This document shows, one piece after another, positions 51,502-61,407 of a stretch of DNA of 64,000 bases. Location of the stretch: NCBI GenBank assembly GCA_902585365.1, contig CACIDF010000001.1:60408-124407 (forward strand), in the 5' to 3' direction. Source of the stretch: an uncultured Pelagibacteraceae bacterium (lineage in GTDB: Bacteria; Pseudomonadota; Alphaproteobacteria; Pelagibacterales; Pelagibacteraceae). How positions within the stretch are numbered: position 1 is the first letter of the stretch; the number at the start of each line of letters is the position of its first letter. Both the position numbers and the translations under genes were made by a program. The notes under the pieces are model-generated. The model was not told where the DNA came from, searched no databases, and worked only from the letters and a program-made list of their open reading frames with translations.

Positions 51502-52332
51502 TTAATAAAGAAGTTTTTTGAATTTTTTAAATATACCCTCTTTTTCTTTTTTGATCTCTATATCGGACTTATAATTTTCATTGAAAATTTTATAGGTTTT
51601 TGAATACCATTCGCTTGATTGATAATTATAACCTAATAATGAGGCATATTTTTGAGACTCCTCTACAAGGCCTAGCTTATAATGAAGTTCTACTAATCTA
51701 TGAAGAGCTTCGTCTATAAATGAAGTTTCGTCATATTTATCTACAACATTTTTAAAACGATTTATTGCAGCAATCCACTTATTCTTTTTGACGTAATGCA
51801 TACCAATATACATCTCTTTTGATGCAAGGTAATCTTGAATTAGATCTAATTTATAACCAGAGTCTAGTGCAAAATCTGTGTTAGGGTAATTTTTTTCAAT
51901 AAACTTAAATTTTTCCTCAGCCATTATTAAAGGTCTTAGATCTTTTTTTTCATCTATAATTTTTTCATAGTAAATCATAGCTAGCAAGTAATGAGCATAA
52001 GGAATATTTTTTTCATTGGGATAAACTTTTAAATATCTATTTAATTCATACTCAGCATCATAATAATAATCTTGAGAATAATAAGAGTAAGCCGCCATCA
52101 AAGCTGCTCTGGGTGCCCATTGAGATTGTGGATAAAGAAGTTCAGCTTCATTAAATTTTTTCGCAGCAAATAAAACATCTCCATTTTCAAGTTCTTTGTA
52201 ACCCTCCTCAAAAGCTTCTATCATTTGTGTTTCAATATTTTTTTCTTTAACTACAGAAATCTTTTCGTCTTTTGAGCAAGAAATTGTTAAAATTACCAAT
52301 ATTAATAAAATAAAATTATTTAAAATTTTCAT
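51502..52332 (-). CDS. bamD: Outer membrane protein assembly lipoprotein BamD
   Basis: Lipobox TISC, TPRs, AAINRF, EALHRLVE, LGYNY--SEWY motifs. Confidence 0.92.
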   Translation of the reverse strand: MKILNNFILLILVILTISCSKDEKISVVKEKNIETQMIEAFEEGYKELENGDVLFAAKKFNEAELLYPQSQWAPRAALMAAYSYYSQDYYYDAEYELNRYLKVYPNEKNIPYAHYLLAMIYYEKIIDEKKDLRPLIMAEEKFKFIEKNYPNTDFALDSGYKLDLIQDYLASKEMYIGMHYVKKNKWIAAINRFKNVVDKYDETSFIDEALHRLVELHYKLGLVEESQKYASLLGYNYQSSEWYSKTYKIFNENYKSDIEIKKEKEGIFKKFKKLLY

Positions 52333-52371
52333 TAGTAAATTATTAACAGATAAACTTAAAAGCTTAAATGT

Positions 52372-53292
52372 TTAAGCTGTAGATTTTAAAGGATTCTTTA
52401 CCAAAAAAGAATGTGGTATATTTTTTTCTTTTAGTTCAATTACTGAAAAGTTCTCATTATTGCTCAATAAATCTCTTAAACCTTGATTTGTTACATTATG
52501 ACCACCCTGACTAGAGGTAATTTTGCCGACCATTCTATACCCAACCAGATAAATATCTCCAAGACAATCTAAAATTTTATGATTAACGAACTCTTTTGAA
52601 TTTCTTAATTTTTCAGAATTAAGTATCTCGTTATCTTTTAAAACTATAGCATTATCTAAACTTCCTCCCTGAGCTAAACCCATTTTTTTTAATTTTTCTA
52701 CATCCTCAAATAAGCAGAATGTTCTTGAATTATACATATCCGTTAAATCATCCATGTATATATTCTTATTATTTTTTTGGTTTAAAATTGAACTTTGTTT
52801 ATATTTAATTTCAAAATCTATTTCTAAACTGATTTTGTTTGGCTCAAATGTAATAAATTTTTCACCATCTTTGTAAGTAATTTTCTTATTAATCTTAATT
52901 ATTCTAATTGGTTGATCACTAACTTTAAAACCTACTTCATTAATATTTTCTACAAAATTTTTGGCAGACCCATCCATTATTGGTAGTTCCTCAGAATTTA
53001 AATCAATTAGAAGATTGTCTATGCCTAATCCACAAAGTGCAGCCATTAAATGCTCAACAGTTGAAACACTAATACCGTATTCATTTGTCAATTTTGTACA
53101 ATAGGAAGCACTAGAGACATTGTGCACACTTGGATATATTAAGTTATTTTTTTTTATATCAGTTCTTTTAAATATAATTCCATGGTTTGGTGGAGCTGGA
53201 TGCAAAGTCATTGAAACTTTATTTCCAGAATGAAGTCCAACTCCTCTAAAATTTAAGCTATCATTAATTGTTTTTTGGTTTAAAACCGACAT
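52372..53292 (-). CDS. lpxC: UDP-3-O-acyl-N-acetylglucosamine deacetylase
   Basis: GVGLHSG, TVEHLMAAL, PIMDGSA, SRTF, HKILD--GD motifs; start placed at 53292. Confidence 0.95.
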   Translation of the reverse strand: MSVLNQKTINDSLNFRGVGLHSGNKVSMTLHPAPPNHGIIFKRTDIKKNNLIYPSVHNVSSASYCTKLTNEYGISVSTVEHLMAALCGLGIDNLLIDLNSEELPIMDGSAKNFVENINEVGFKVSDQPIRIIKINKKITYKDGEKFITFEPNKISLEIDFEIKYKQSSILNQKNNKNIYMDDLTDMYNSRTFCLFEDVEKLKKMGLAQGGSLDNAIVLKDNEILNSEKLRNSKEFVNHKILDCLGDIYLVGYRMVGKITSSQGGHNVTNQGLRDLLSNNENFSVIELKEKNIPHSFLVKNPLKSTA

Positions 53293-53358
53293 TAAACGCT
53301 TATAGATCTTAGTAATTAACAAGGAAAAACAAGTTATGTTACAAAAGAATACAAATAT

Positions 53359-54069
53359 TTAATCAAAAAAATTGAAAATTTTATCAAAAATAGCTTGTTT
53401 TTTTTGGGTTTTTTTCTCCTGATAAACTTCTGATTGATTTATGCCATTTAGAACTTTGTGAGCAGAAAGACACATCGTATCATCTGTGTGATTTTTTGAA
53501 AATTTTTTAGCGTAATCATATGACACGATTTTTCTTATATTAATTTTACATTCATTAAATAACTTTTTTAACTTATTGATAAGGTTTTTATCTATACAAA
53601 TAAATTCAATTTCTAAGATAATTTTTTTAAATTTGATATTATTTGGTAAGAATTTATAAACCTTATCATCAATTACATATTTGTTTATAATAATATGAAT
53701 AATAGATAAATTTTGTTCATCCATATAAAATTTTTGAATATAACTTTGCAATAAATTAGCGACGACTTTTTTATCAAGTTTTTTTTCATCAAAAATATTT
53801 TTAATACTAAATAAGATGCTTTGATAGGAATCGGACTGAATAGATATATTCCCGTTGTTTAGAAAAAAACCTAGGTTTTTTTCTATTTTTCTAATATTAT
53901 CTCTTAATAAGTTTAATATTATTTTAAAATTTAAGTTGTTATTTAAATTATCAGGAATTTCAAAATTTAAGCTTTCTTTATATACATTTTTTCCTTCCTC
54001 AAAAAAACATATATGAATTTTTTTATCAGATATCCCAAAGTAAAAATCTCCTTTTTCAAAGTTACTCAT
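53359..54069 (-). CDS. ftsA: Truncated, divergent FtsA-like protein
   Basis: Directly after ftsQ; R-IEK-LG and IIHII---Y-ID resemble FtsA 1A/1C (SHS2); C-terminal amphipathic helix IFDKIFNFFD; only 236 aa. Confidence 0.6.
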   Translation of the reverse strand: MSNFEKGDFYFGISDKKIHICFFEEGKNVYKESLNFEIPDNLNNNLNFKIILNLLRDNIRKIEKNLGFFLNNGNISIQSDSYQSILFSIKNIFDEKKLDKKVVANLLQSYIQKFYMDEQNLSIIHIIINKYVIDDKVYKFLPNNIKFKKIILEIEFICIDKNLINKLKKLFNECKINIRKIVSYDYAKKFSKNHTDDTMCLSAHKVLNGINQSEVYQEKKTQKKQAIFDKIFNFFD

Positions 54070-54736
54070 ATTTTATTATTTTATTTTTGATTCTTAAATC
54101 AATTACTTTAGAATTTGCAAATTCTTTTCTGTTCAACAATTCGCTGCTGTAATCAATTATTTTTTGATTAAACTTTATTGGAAATTTAATAATTATACCT
54201 TTGCTTAAATACACATCAAACCTTCCACTTTTAAAAAATTTGATTTCACTTATCATTTTATAATCTAAATTTGATTGATTTATTAAATTTACTACATCGT
54301 AAATATTTTCGATATCATCAGAGCCTGAGATAGTTGGAAAATTATTTTCATTTAGTTCAGTTTTTAATATTTTGCCATTATCACCTAAGATAATTTTATT
54401 ATTATCATTTTCAACTATATACATTGGTTTTGCAGGTATAAAATTGATAACTAACTTGTTAGGAAAATTTTTTTTTATAAATAAATATTTTATATCATTT
54501 CTATTTGTTAAATCTGTAAAATAATTTTTACTTATAAACAAAATGTTTTTTTCATATAAATTTTTAAATTCATTTTTTATTAATTCGTTTTTTTCTTTGG
54601 AAAATCCCTCAACATTAATATATTTAATGTTAAATATATTTTTGTTAATTAGTTTATAGTTATTTATTGAAGTTAATATTATTATTAATGAACTGTAAAA
54701 AAAAAATTTAGTTTTTTTATCTATTTTTTGATGCAT
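54062..54736 (-). CDS. ftsQ: Cell division protein FtsQ/DivIB
   Basis: TM, POTRA (INVEG...KKNFPNKL), GRFD, IDLR motifs; follows ddl. Confidence 0.85.
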   Translation of the reverse strand: MHQKIDKKTKFFFYSSLIIILTSINNYKLINKNIFNIKYINVEGFSKEKNELIKNEFKNLYEKNILFISKNYFTDLTNRNDIKYLFIKKNFPNKLVINFIPAKPMYIVENDNNKIILGDNGKILKTELNENNFPTISGSDDIENIYDVVNLINQSNLDYKMISEIKFFKSGRFDVYLSKGIIIKFPIKFNQKIIDYSSELLNRKEFANSKVIDLRIKNKIIKYE

Positions 54737-55625
54737 CTTTTATCATCCAGTTAATTAATGAACTAAAATTTATTCCTTTATATGCAGCAATCTCTGGAAC
54801 TAATGAAAGATCAGTCATACCTGGTTGAGTATTAAGTTCCAGTAAATAAAATTTATTTTTATAAAATTTAAAGTCAGACCTGGTTACACCTCTACAATTT
54901 AATAATCTATGTGCTTTCAGAGCAATTTTATTAATTTTATCATAATTTTTTTTGCTTAAATTCACAGGGATTATATGTTCGGTTTTTGCGTTAGTGTAAT
55001 ATTTTGCTTTATAATCGTAAAATTTTCTTTTTGGTTTAAGCTCTATTGGACCTAGTGCTTTATTGCCCATTACGGCCACTTGTATCTCTCTTCCCGGGAT
55101 AAACTTTTCGATAAGTATTTCTTTATAATTTCTCATTTTTTTCAGCTTATTTGATAATGAAAACTTATTATTACAAATATAAACATCTAAACTTGATCCT
55201 TCATTAATTGGTTTGATAACTACTGGAAAATTCAAATAATTTTTAATTCTTCTATAATCTAAATTTCTAATATTTTTTATTTTAATATATTTAGGTGTGG
55301 GTATTTTATTTTTTATGAATATTTTTTTTGAAATTTCTTTGTCAATTGCCATCATTGAAGATTTAACACCTGAATGGGTGTATTTGACTCCCAGAGTCTC
55401 TAAGACTGATTGCATGTAACCATCTTCACCAAATCTTCCATGTAAAGCATTAAAAATTACATCAGGCTTGAAACTTTTAACTGCTCCCAAAAAATTTCTG
55501 CTTGGATCAGAAAATTTAACATTATGAATTTTCTTAATTGATTTGATAATAGCTTTAGCAGATTTAAGACTTATGAAGCGCTCTTTTGAGTATCCACCCC
55601 CTAAGACTAAAACCTTTTTTTTCAT
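54717..55625 (-). CDS. ddl: D-alanine--D-alanine ligase
   Basis: GGYSKER, LHGRFGEDG, KPINEGSS, YDYKAKY, ELNTQPGMT motifs. Confidence 0.95.
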   Translation of the reverse strand: MKKKVLVLGGGYSKERFISLKSAKAIIKSIKKIHNVKFSDPSRNFLGAVKSFKPDVIFNALHGRFGEDGYMQSVLETLGVKYTHSGVKSSMMAIDKEISKKIFIKNKIPTPKYIKIKNIRNLDYRRIKNYLNFPVVIKPINEGSSLDVYICNNKFSLSNKLKKMRNYKEILIEKFIPGREIQVAVMGNKALGPIELKPKRKFYDYKAKYYTNAKTEHIIPVNLSKKNYDKINKIALKAHRLLNCRGVTRSDFKFYKNKFYLLELNTQPGMTDLSLVPEIAAYKGINFSSLINWMIKDASKNR

Positions 55626-56534
55626 TTAATTCACTATTTCCAGTTCTAGTTCAAGTGATACACCAGTACTTTCTTTTACTCTTTTTTTAACAAAGTTGAT
55701 TAAATCATACATATTATTAAATGAGGCATTATTGCTATTTATAAAAAAGTTACTATGCTTTTCAGATATTTTTGCATCGCCGAAACTTACTTGGTTGTCT
55801 ACATTTTCTCTTATAAGTTCCCAAACTTTTTTTTTTAAACTATTTTTTGGGTTCTTAAAAGTGCTTCCACCAGTTTTAACTCTTAATGGTTGAGAGTTCT
55901 GTTTTTTTTCTTTTAATTTAATAATATTTTCTACTATTTGTGTTTTGTCTTTTTTACTTGTTTTAAAAGATGCGCTTAAAAAAATAAGATTTTTTGGTAG
56001 ATCTGTTTGTCTATAATCAAATTTTATGTTTTTTGAATTAATTGTGTGCACATTACCATTTAGATCAATAACTTGAACAGAAAGTAGAACATCTTTGAAC
56101 TCTGTACCAAAACATCCAGAATTCATCCTTATTCCACCTCCAATAGATCCTGGTATACATGATAAAAACTCTAAACCACTTAAATGATTCTCACATGCAA
56201 AATTTGATACATTTTTGTCTAAAATTGAGCAACCTGCAATAATAACATTATCCTTTGTTAGTGAAATTTTATTAAAATTTTTACCTAATTTAATAAAAAT
56301 ACGATTTTGAATATTTTCTGATATAAGCAAATTTGAGCCAGCCCCGATTATAAAAGGGCTTAGATTTTTTTTTTTTAGATATAATAAAAAATCTTTTAGT
56401 TCAATTAAAGTCTCTGGAACAAAAAAAATTTTTGCATTTCCACCAATGTTTAACCAAGTATGTTTTTTTAAGCTATAATTAAATTTTATTTTTCCTTGGA
56501 TTTTTTTTGAAAAACTATTTAAATCTTCTAACAT
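55626..56534 (-). CDS. murB: UDP-N-acetylmuramate dehydrogenase
   Basis: IGG-A, GAGSNLL, IPGSIGG, GGSTFKNP, KHSNF, LELE motifs; start placed at 56534. Confidence 0.93.
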   Translation of the reverse strand: MLEDLNSFSKKIQGKIKFNYSLKKHTWLNIGGNAKIFFVPETLIELKDFLLYLKKKNLSPFIIGAGSNLLISENIQNRIFIKLGKNFNKISLTKDNVIIAGCSILDKNVSNFACENHLSGLEFLSCIPGSIGGGIRMNSGCFGTEFKDVLLSVQVIDLNGNVHTINSKNIKFDYRQTDLPKNLIFLSASFKTSKKDKTQIVENIIKLKEKKQNSQPLRVKTGGSTFKNPKNSLKKKVWELIRENVDNQVSFGDAKISEKHSNFFINSNNASFNNMYDLINFVKKRVKESTGVSLELELEIVN

Positions 56535-57934
56535 TATTTTCTCATTAAACTTGGTAACTCTTTTATCCAATTTGATATAGAGCCGGCACCCATACCTATC
56601 ACTATATCTTCTTGATTTAAAAAGTTTTTTAAAAATTTTGCTAACTGATTTTGGCTATTTACAAAAAATACTCTAACTTTTGATTGTTTTATAATTTGTT
56701 TTGCAAACTCACTGTAATTTAAATTTAGCTTTAAGTTTTCACCTGCTTTATAAATTGGGCATAATATAACTGAGTCTGATTTCTTAAATGAAGAGGAAAA
56801 TTCATTTTTTAAATCATTTAATCTAGAAATTCTATGTGGTTGGAACACACATATTATCTTTTTTTCTTTATAACTATTGTTTACCCCATTTATAACCTCT
56901 TTTATCTCTGTAGGATGATGTGCATAATCATCATAAATATCTGCACCATTGTATGAAAAAATTTTATTAAATCTTCTCTCTACTCCTTTAAAATTTTTTA
57001 AGCTATTTTTCAAAGTTGTGGGAGATATACCTATAAAATATGAAACAGCTATGGCAGCTGTTGCATTTTTTATGTTATGATACCCAATCAAGGGGATCTC
57101 AATTTTTTTTAAAAGAGTTTTTTTTTTATTAGGAAGACGCATTTCAATATCAAATATAGATTTATTTTTTAAGAATGAGCAATTCTTGATTTTGAAATTT
57201 GAGTCTTTGCTAAATCCATATGTAAGTATATTTTTGATTTTACTTCTTTTCCAAATTTCTCTGTTATTCTTATCATCTATGCAAATAAATGTTTTACCAA
57301 AAGATGGTACTTTTTGCATAAATTTTATAAAATGTCTTTTTAGATCATCTAAAGATTTATAATAATCCATGTGTTCTCTATCAACATTTGTTACTACAGC
57401 ATATGTAGATGGAACTTTTATAAAACTTCCATCGGATTCATCAGACTCCAGAATGCTCCACTCACTTTTGCCAAGTTTGGCTGAATTATCTAGTGAATTG
57501 ATCACTCCACCATTAATAATGGTTGGGTCTAATTTTGCTTTTGCAAAAATAGATGCTATTAAAGAAGTGGTCGTAGTTTTTCCATGGGATCCTGACACGA
57601 CAATATTTTTTTTTAATGAAGTTATATGTGCTAACATATCTCCTCTCTTATAAATCGGTAAATTTCTTTTTTTTGCCTCTCTTATTTCTATATTGTTTTT
57701 CTTAATCGCTGAGGAGATTACTAAGATGGTTGCTTTTTTAATATTTGTTGAAGAGTGACCTAAAAAAAATTTAATACGACTTTTTTTTAACCTTTCTACA
57801 TTTTTATTAAGAGATTTGTCACTTCCTTGTACTTTAAAACCTAGCCCTATCATTATTAGAGCTAATCCACTCATACCAATCCCACCTATTCCTACAAAAT
57901 GTATAATTTCGGACTTAGCTAAGTTTATATTCAT
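56534..57934 (-). CDS. murC: UDP-N-acetylmuramate--L-alanine ligase
   Basis: HFVGIGGIGMSG, GSHGKTTTT, ESDESDGSF, DDYAHHPTE, FQPHR motifs. Confidence 0.96.
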   Translation of the reverse strand: MNINLAKSEIIHFVGIGGIGMSGLALIMIGLGFKVQGSDKSLNKNVERLKKSRIKFFLGHSSTNIKKATILVISSAIKKNNIEIREAKKRNLPIYKRGDMLAHITSLKKNIVVSGSHGKTTTTSLIASIFAKAKLDPTIINGGVINSLDNSAKLGKSEWSILESDESDGSFIKVPSTYAVVTNVDREHMDYYKSLDDLKRHFIKFMQKVPSFGKTFICIDDKNNREIWKRSKIKNILTYGFSKDSNFKIKNCSFLKNKSIFDIEMRLPNKKKTLLKKIEIPLIGYHNIKNATAAIAVSYFIGISPTTLKNSLKNFKGVERRFNKIFSYNGADIYDDYAHHPTEIKEVINGVNNSYKEKKIICVFQPHRISRLNDLKNEFSSSFKKSDSVILCPIYKAGENLKLNLNYSEFAKQIIKQSKVRVFFVNSQNQLAKFLKNFLNQEDIVIGMGAGSISNWIKELPSLMRK

Positions 57935-57937
57935 AAT

Positions 57938-58999
57938 TTATATTAGATTATTTATTTGATTAGAATTTTTAACCCAATCATATTTTTTATGGAAAATATA
58001 CATATTTTTTTTTTTTTGAAATATTATTTTTTTGTTTTTAATCAAGTTTGTAACAAATTTATACAAAAAATTTTTTTTAACATTAGTTTCTCTTATTAAC
58101 CAACCAAGATTTTTTTTTACATAATATTTCGCATTATAAAATTGATGATCATCCTTAGCGAATGGGTAAGGTATGGCTAAAAAAGGTGTTCCCAAAAATA
58201 CTAATTCGTTAATAGTGGATGCGCCTGATCTTGTTATTGCAAAATCACTTTTTTTTATAAATTTATGTAAGTCCTTAACATATGAAAAAACCCTAAAATT
58301 TATGTTTTTTGACAAATAAAAATTTTTAAGATCTTTTAAATTATTTTTGCTAGTTTGATGAAAAATTTTAATTTTATATTTTTTTGATAGTTTGATTAAA
58401 TCTTTATTAAATAAAGTATCGAATTTTTTTGCGCCTTGACTCCCGCCTATTATTAATATTGTAAATAATTTTGATTTTTTCTTAACTCTATATTTTGAAA
58501 GAAAAATATTTTTTCTAATTAATGGTTTGATTACAAAATTTTTGTAAATCATTTTTTTTGGTAAATTTTTTATTTTTTTGTTATATGTGATTATTTTATC
58601 ACAATAATTCAATAATAATAGATTTGATCTTCCTATAACCATATTTGGTTCAAATAAAAAAATTTTTAAATTTAACATTCTAGCAGCTAAACAGATAGGT
58701 ACAGACATGTAGCCTCCCGTAGATATTAATATTTCAATTTTTTTATTAATTAAAAACAGGTATGACTTTAATACAGATAAGGCAAAAGAAATTATGAATG
58801 GAATAAATAGTAATATATTTCTGCTAAATTTAGGTAAATCTATTTGCTTAATTTTATATTTTTTTTTGTTTAAATAAGTAATTCCTCTTTTATCAGTACA
58901 AATGAAAATTTTATTTTTGTCTGATAAGTAATCATATAAAACCTGAGCTGGAATTACGTGACCTCCTGTACCTCCAGTACTGATGACAATTTTTTTCAT
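57938..58999 (-). CDS. murG: Undecaprenyl-PP-MurNAc-pentapeptide GlcNAc transferase
   Basis: GGTGGHVIPA, TGGY, GGSQGA, RSGAST, DHQFYNA motifs. Confidence 0.94.
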   Translation of the reverse strand: MKKIVISTGGTGGHVIPAQVLYDYLSDKNKIFICTDKRGITYLNKKKYKIKQIDLPKFSRNILLFIPFIISFALSVLKSYLFLINKKIEILISTGGYMSVPICLAARMLNLKIFLFEPNMVIGRSNLLLLNYCDKIITYNKKIKNLPKKMIYKNFVIKPLIRKNIFLSKYRVKKKSKLFTILIIGGSQGAKKFDTLFNKDLIKLSKKYKIKIFHQTSKNNLKDLKNFYLSKNINFRVFSYVKDLHKFIKKSDFAITRSGASTINELVFLGTPFLAIPYPFAKDDHQFYNAKYYVKKNLGWLIRETNVKKNFLYKFVTNLIKNKKIIFQKKKNMYIFHKKYDWVKNSNQINNLI

Positions 59000-59003
59000 A
59001 AAT

Positions 59004-60122
59004 TTAAATCTTTCTTTTTGTAAAGTTTAATATTAATCCTGCAAGTATTGATGAGCTTAATATTGAAGATCCTCCGTAACTTAAAAAAGGTAAGGTCATA
59101 CCTGTTGTTGGTAGAAATCTAATATTTACACCAATGTGAATTAACACCTGGAATATAATTAATAATATAGATCCGATTAAAACAAGTTTATTAATATTAT
59201 TTTTTTCAGTCGGAATTTTTTTAAATACTTTAAATATCAAAAGTAAGAAAATGAATAAAATAAATAATATTATCAAAATTCCGAACTCTTCGGCAATAAC
59301 TGAAATTACGTAATCTGTATGAGCCTCGGGAACACGTGCATTTAATGTTCCTTCACCGATCCCTTTTCCAAAAAAACCTCCATCAACAATTGCGTCAGTT
59401 GCCTTTTCTGACTGATAATTACCGCTTGATTTTGGATCAAAAAATGCTGCTATTCTATATTTTATATAAGAAAATTTTGGTAAAAATATAACTAAATATC
59501 CTAACAATGAGATCGAGGCTAATATTAAAAAGTTAAATAAATAAAGATTAATTCCTGACACAAATATAAGACACAACCACACACAAGATATTAATAAAGT
59601 TTGTCCAATATCTGGTTGCAAAACCAAAAAAAACAAAATGGGCAAAACAATTAATGTGCTTAAAAAAAATTTTAGGTAATCATTAGACGTAAACCTTGAG
59701 CCAATAACCATTGATAAAAATATTATTAAAAAAGGTTTTAGAAACTCAATGGGCTGAAATCTTGGTATAATTGGGATATCTAACCACCTTTTTGAGCCTT
59801 TAATTTCAATTCCGAAAATTGGAACTAATAATAGAGAAATAAAAAAGATAAAAAATATTATTGCTCCTATTTTGTAAATATCGCTCTCCGGAATAGCTGA
59901 AAAAAAAATTATTAAAGTTAAACCAAGAAAAATATAAATTATGTGTCTCATAAAAAAATAATAATTATTTGTTCCTAACTTAGAAGATGCAATTAATGAT
60001 GTTGATACTAAAGAAAAAAAAATACCTAATACAATTAAGGATATAAATAAAAAAAAAATTACTTTATCTAAATTTTTCCACCAATCATAAATAAAGTTAT
60101 CGTAAATATTTTTATTTTCCAT
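59004..60122 (-). CDS. ftsW: SEDS family cell division protein FtsW
   Basis: GSKRW, FQPIEFLKP, QPDIGQ, PEAHTDY, LPFLSYGGSS motifs; dcw position. Confidence 0.93.
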   Translation of the reverse strand: MENKNIYDNFIYDWWKNLDKVIFFLFISLIVLGIFFSLVSTSLIASSKLGTNNYYFFMRHIIYIFLGLTLIIFFSAIPESDIYKIGAIIFFIFFISLLLVPIFGIEIKGSKRWLDIPIIPRFQPIEFLKPFLIIFLSMVIGSRFTSNDYLKFFLSTLIVLPILFFLVLQPDIGQTLLISCVWLCLIFVSGINLYLFNFLILASISLLGYLVIFLPKFSYIKYRIAAFFDPKSSGNYQSEKATDAIVDGGFFGKGIGEGTLNARVPEAHTDYVISVIAEEFGILIILFILFIFLLLIFKVFKKIPTEKNNINKLVLIGSILLIIFQVLIHIGVNIRFLPTTGMTLPFLSYGGSSILSSSILAGLILNFTKRKI

Positions 60123-61407
60123 ATAAATTTATTTTTTTTAATATTGAATTAAAACGTTCTCCACGATGTTCGAAATTTTTGAATTGATCAAATGAAGCAG
60201 CCGCAGGGCTAAACAATATTGTTTTTTTATTTTTGTCTTTTTTAATGTCTTTTTTTATAGTTATAATTGCTTTTTTTAAATTTTTTAAATATTTAAAATT
60301 TATCTTATTTTTAAATTGACTGATAAAATAATCTTTATTTTTGCCAATTATATAAGCGCAAATATTTTTATAATATTTTTTTTCTAAAATAAATTTATCG
60401 CCTTTTTTAAACAAACCACCCACTATCCAATAAATATTTTTATAAGTAGATAAAAGACCATTGGTAGAGGAAAAAGTGGTAGATTTTGAATCATTAATTA
60501 TTTTTAAATTATATTTATTGTAGACAATTTGTTTTCTAAATTTTAATCCCTTGAATGAGTTAAGAGATTTGAATATTTTATCATTAGATATTCCAAAAAT
60601 TTTTGATATCCTATAAACGAAATGAATATTATTTAAATTATTTTTATCTAATAAATAGTCATTATTAATATTTTTCTTAAAAAAATAAGATTTGTTATAA
60701 CTAACTTTTATAATTTTAGATTGAATATTTTTGTTCAATATAAATCTATTTATTATTACACTATCCCTTTCTATAAATGATAGTTTATTTTTTTCTTGAT
60801 CACAAATTAGTTTAATTTTGGCTTTTGCGTATTTTTTGAGACTTTTGTGTCTTTCTAAATGATCTACATTTAAGTTTAAAATCACTGCATAATCAGTTTT
60901 AAAATACTTGTTATAAGATATTTGATATGATGATGCCTCAACGATAAAAATAGTATTTTTTTTAATTTTTTTTTCTTGTAAAGGTGGTTTTCCAATATTG
61001 CCAACTAACCTAACATCTAATTTTTTTAATCTAAAAATATTATATAGCATTTGACAAGTAGTAGATTTTCCATTCGTTCCAGTAATAGTTATTTTTTTGT
61101 TATTCGGATATGTTAAGTAAAAAATATCAAGCTCAGTGATTACCCTACTCCAATTCTTGATTATATATTTTTTAAGATTGCATCTTTGAAAATCTATACC
61201 GGGGCTTAATATAATAAAATCAAATTTTAGCTTAATAATATTGTTTTTACTTAGGAAATATTTTTTGTTTTTTTTATCTTTTAATGAAATATTGTCATCA
61301 AAAATCTTAACGTTATTTTTCTTTTTCAGAAAATTTAAGCATGAATGACCGGAAAGGCCTAAACCATAAATTAATATTTTCTTTTTTACTAGATCTCCGG
61401 TTTGCAT
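60112..61407 (-). CDS. murD: UDP-N-acetylmuramoyl-L-alanine--D-glutamate ligase
   Basis: YGLGLSG, SPGI, TGTNGKST, EASSYQ, DHLERH, NDSKST, SPAAASFDQF motifs; start placed at 61407. Confidence 0.93.
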   Translation of the reverse strand: MQTGDLVKKKILIYGLGLSGHSCLNFLKKKNNVKIFDDNISLKDKKNKKYFLSKNNIIKLKFDFIILSPGIDFQRCNLKKYIIKNWSRVITELDIFYLTYPNNKKITITGTNGKSTTCQMLYNIFRLKKLDVRLVGNIGKPPLQEKKIKKNTIFIVEASSYQISYNKYFKTDYAVILNLNVDHLERHKSLKKYAKAKIKLICDQEKNKLSFIERDSVIINRFILNKNIQSKIIKVSYNKSYFFKKNINNDYLLDKNNLNNIHFVYRISKIFGISNDKIFKSLNSFKGLKFRKQIVYNKYNLKIINDSKSTTFSSTNGLLSTYKNIYWIVGGLFKKGDKFILEKKYYKNICAYIIGKNKDYFISQFKNKINFKYLKNLKKAIITIKKDIKKDKNKKTILFSPAAASFDQFKNFEHRGERFNSILKKINLYGK

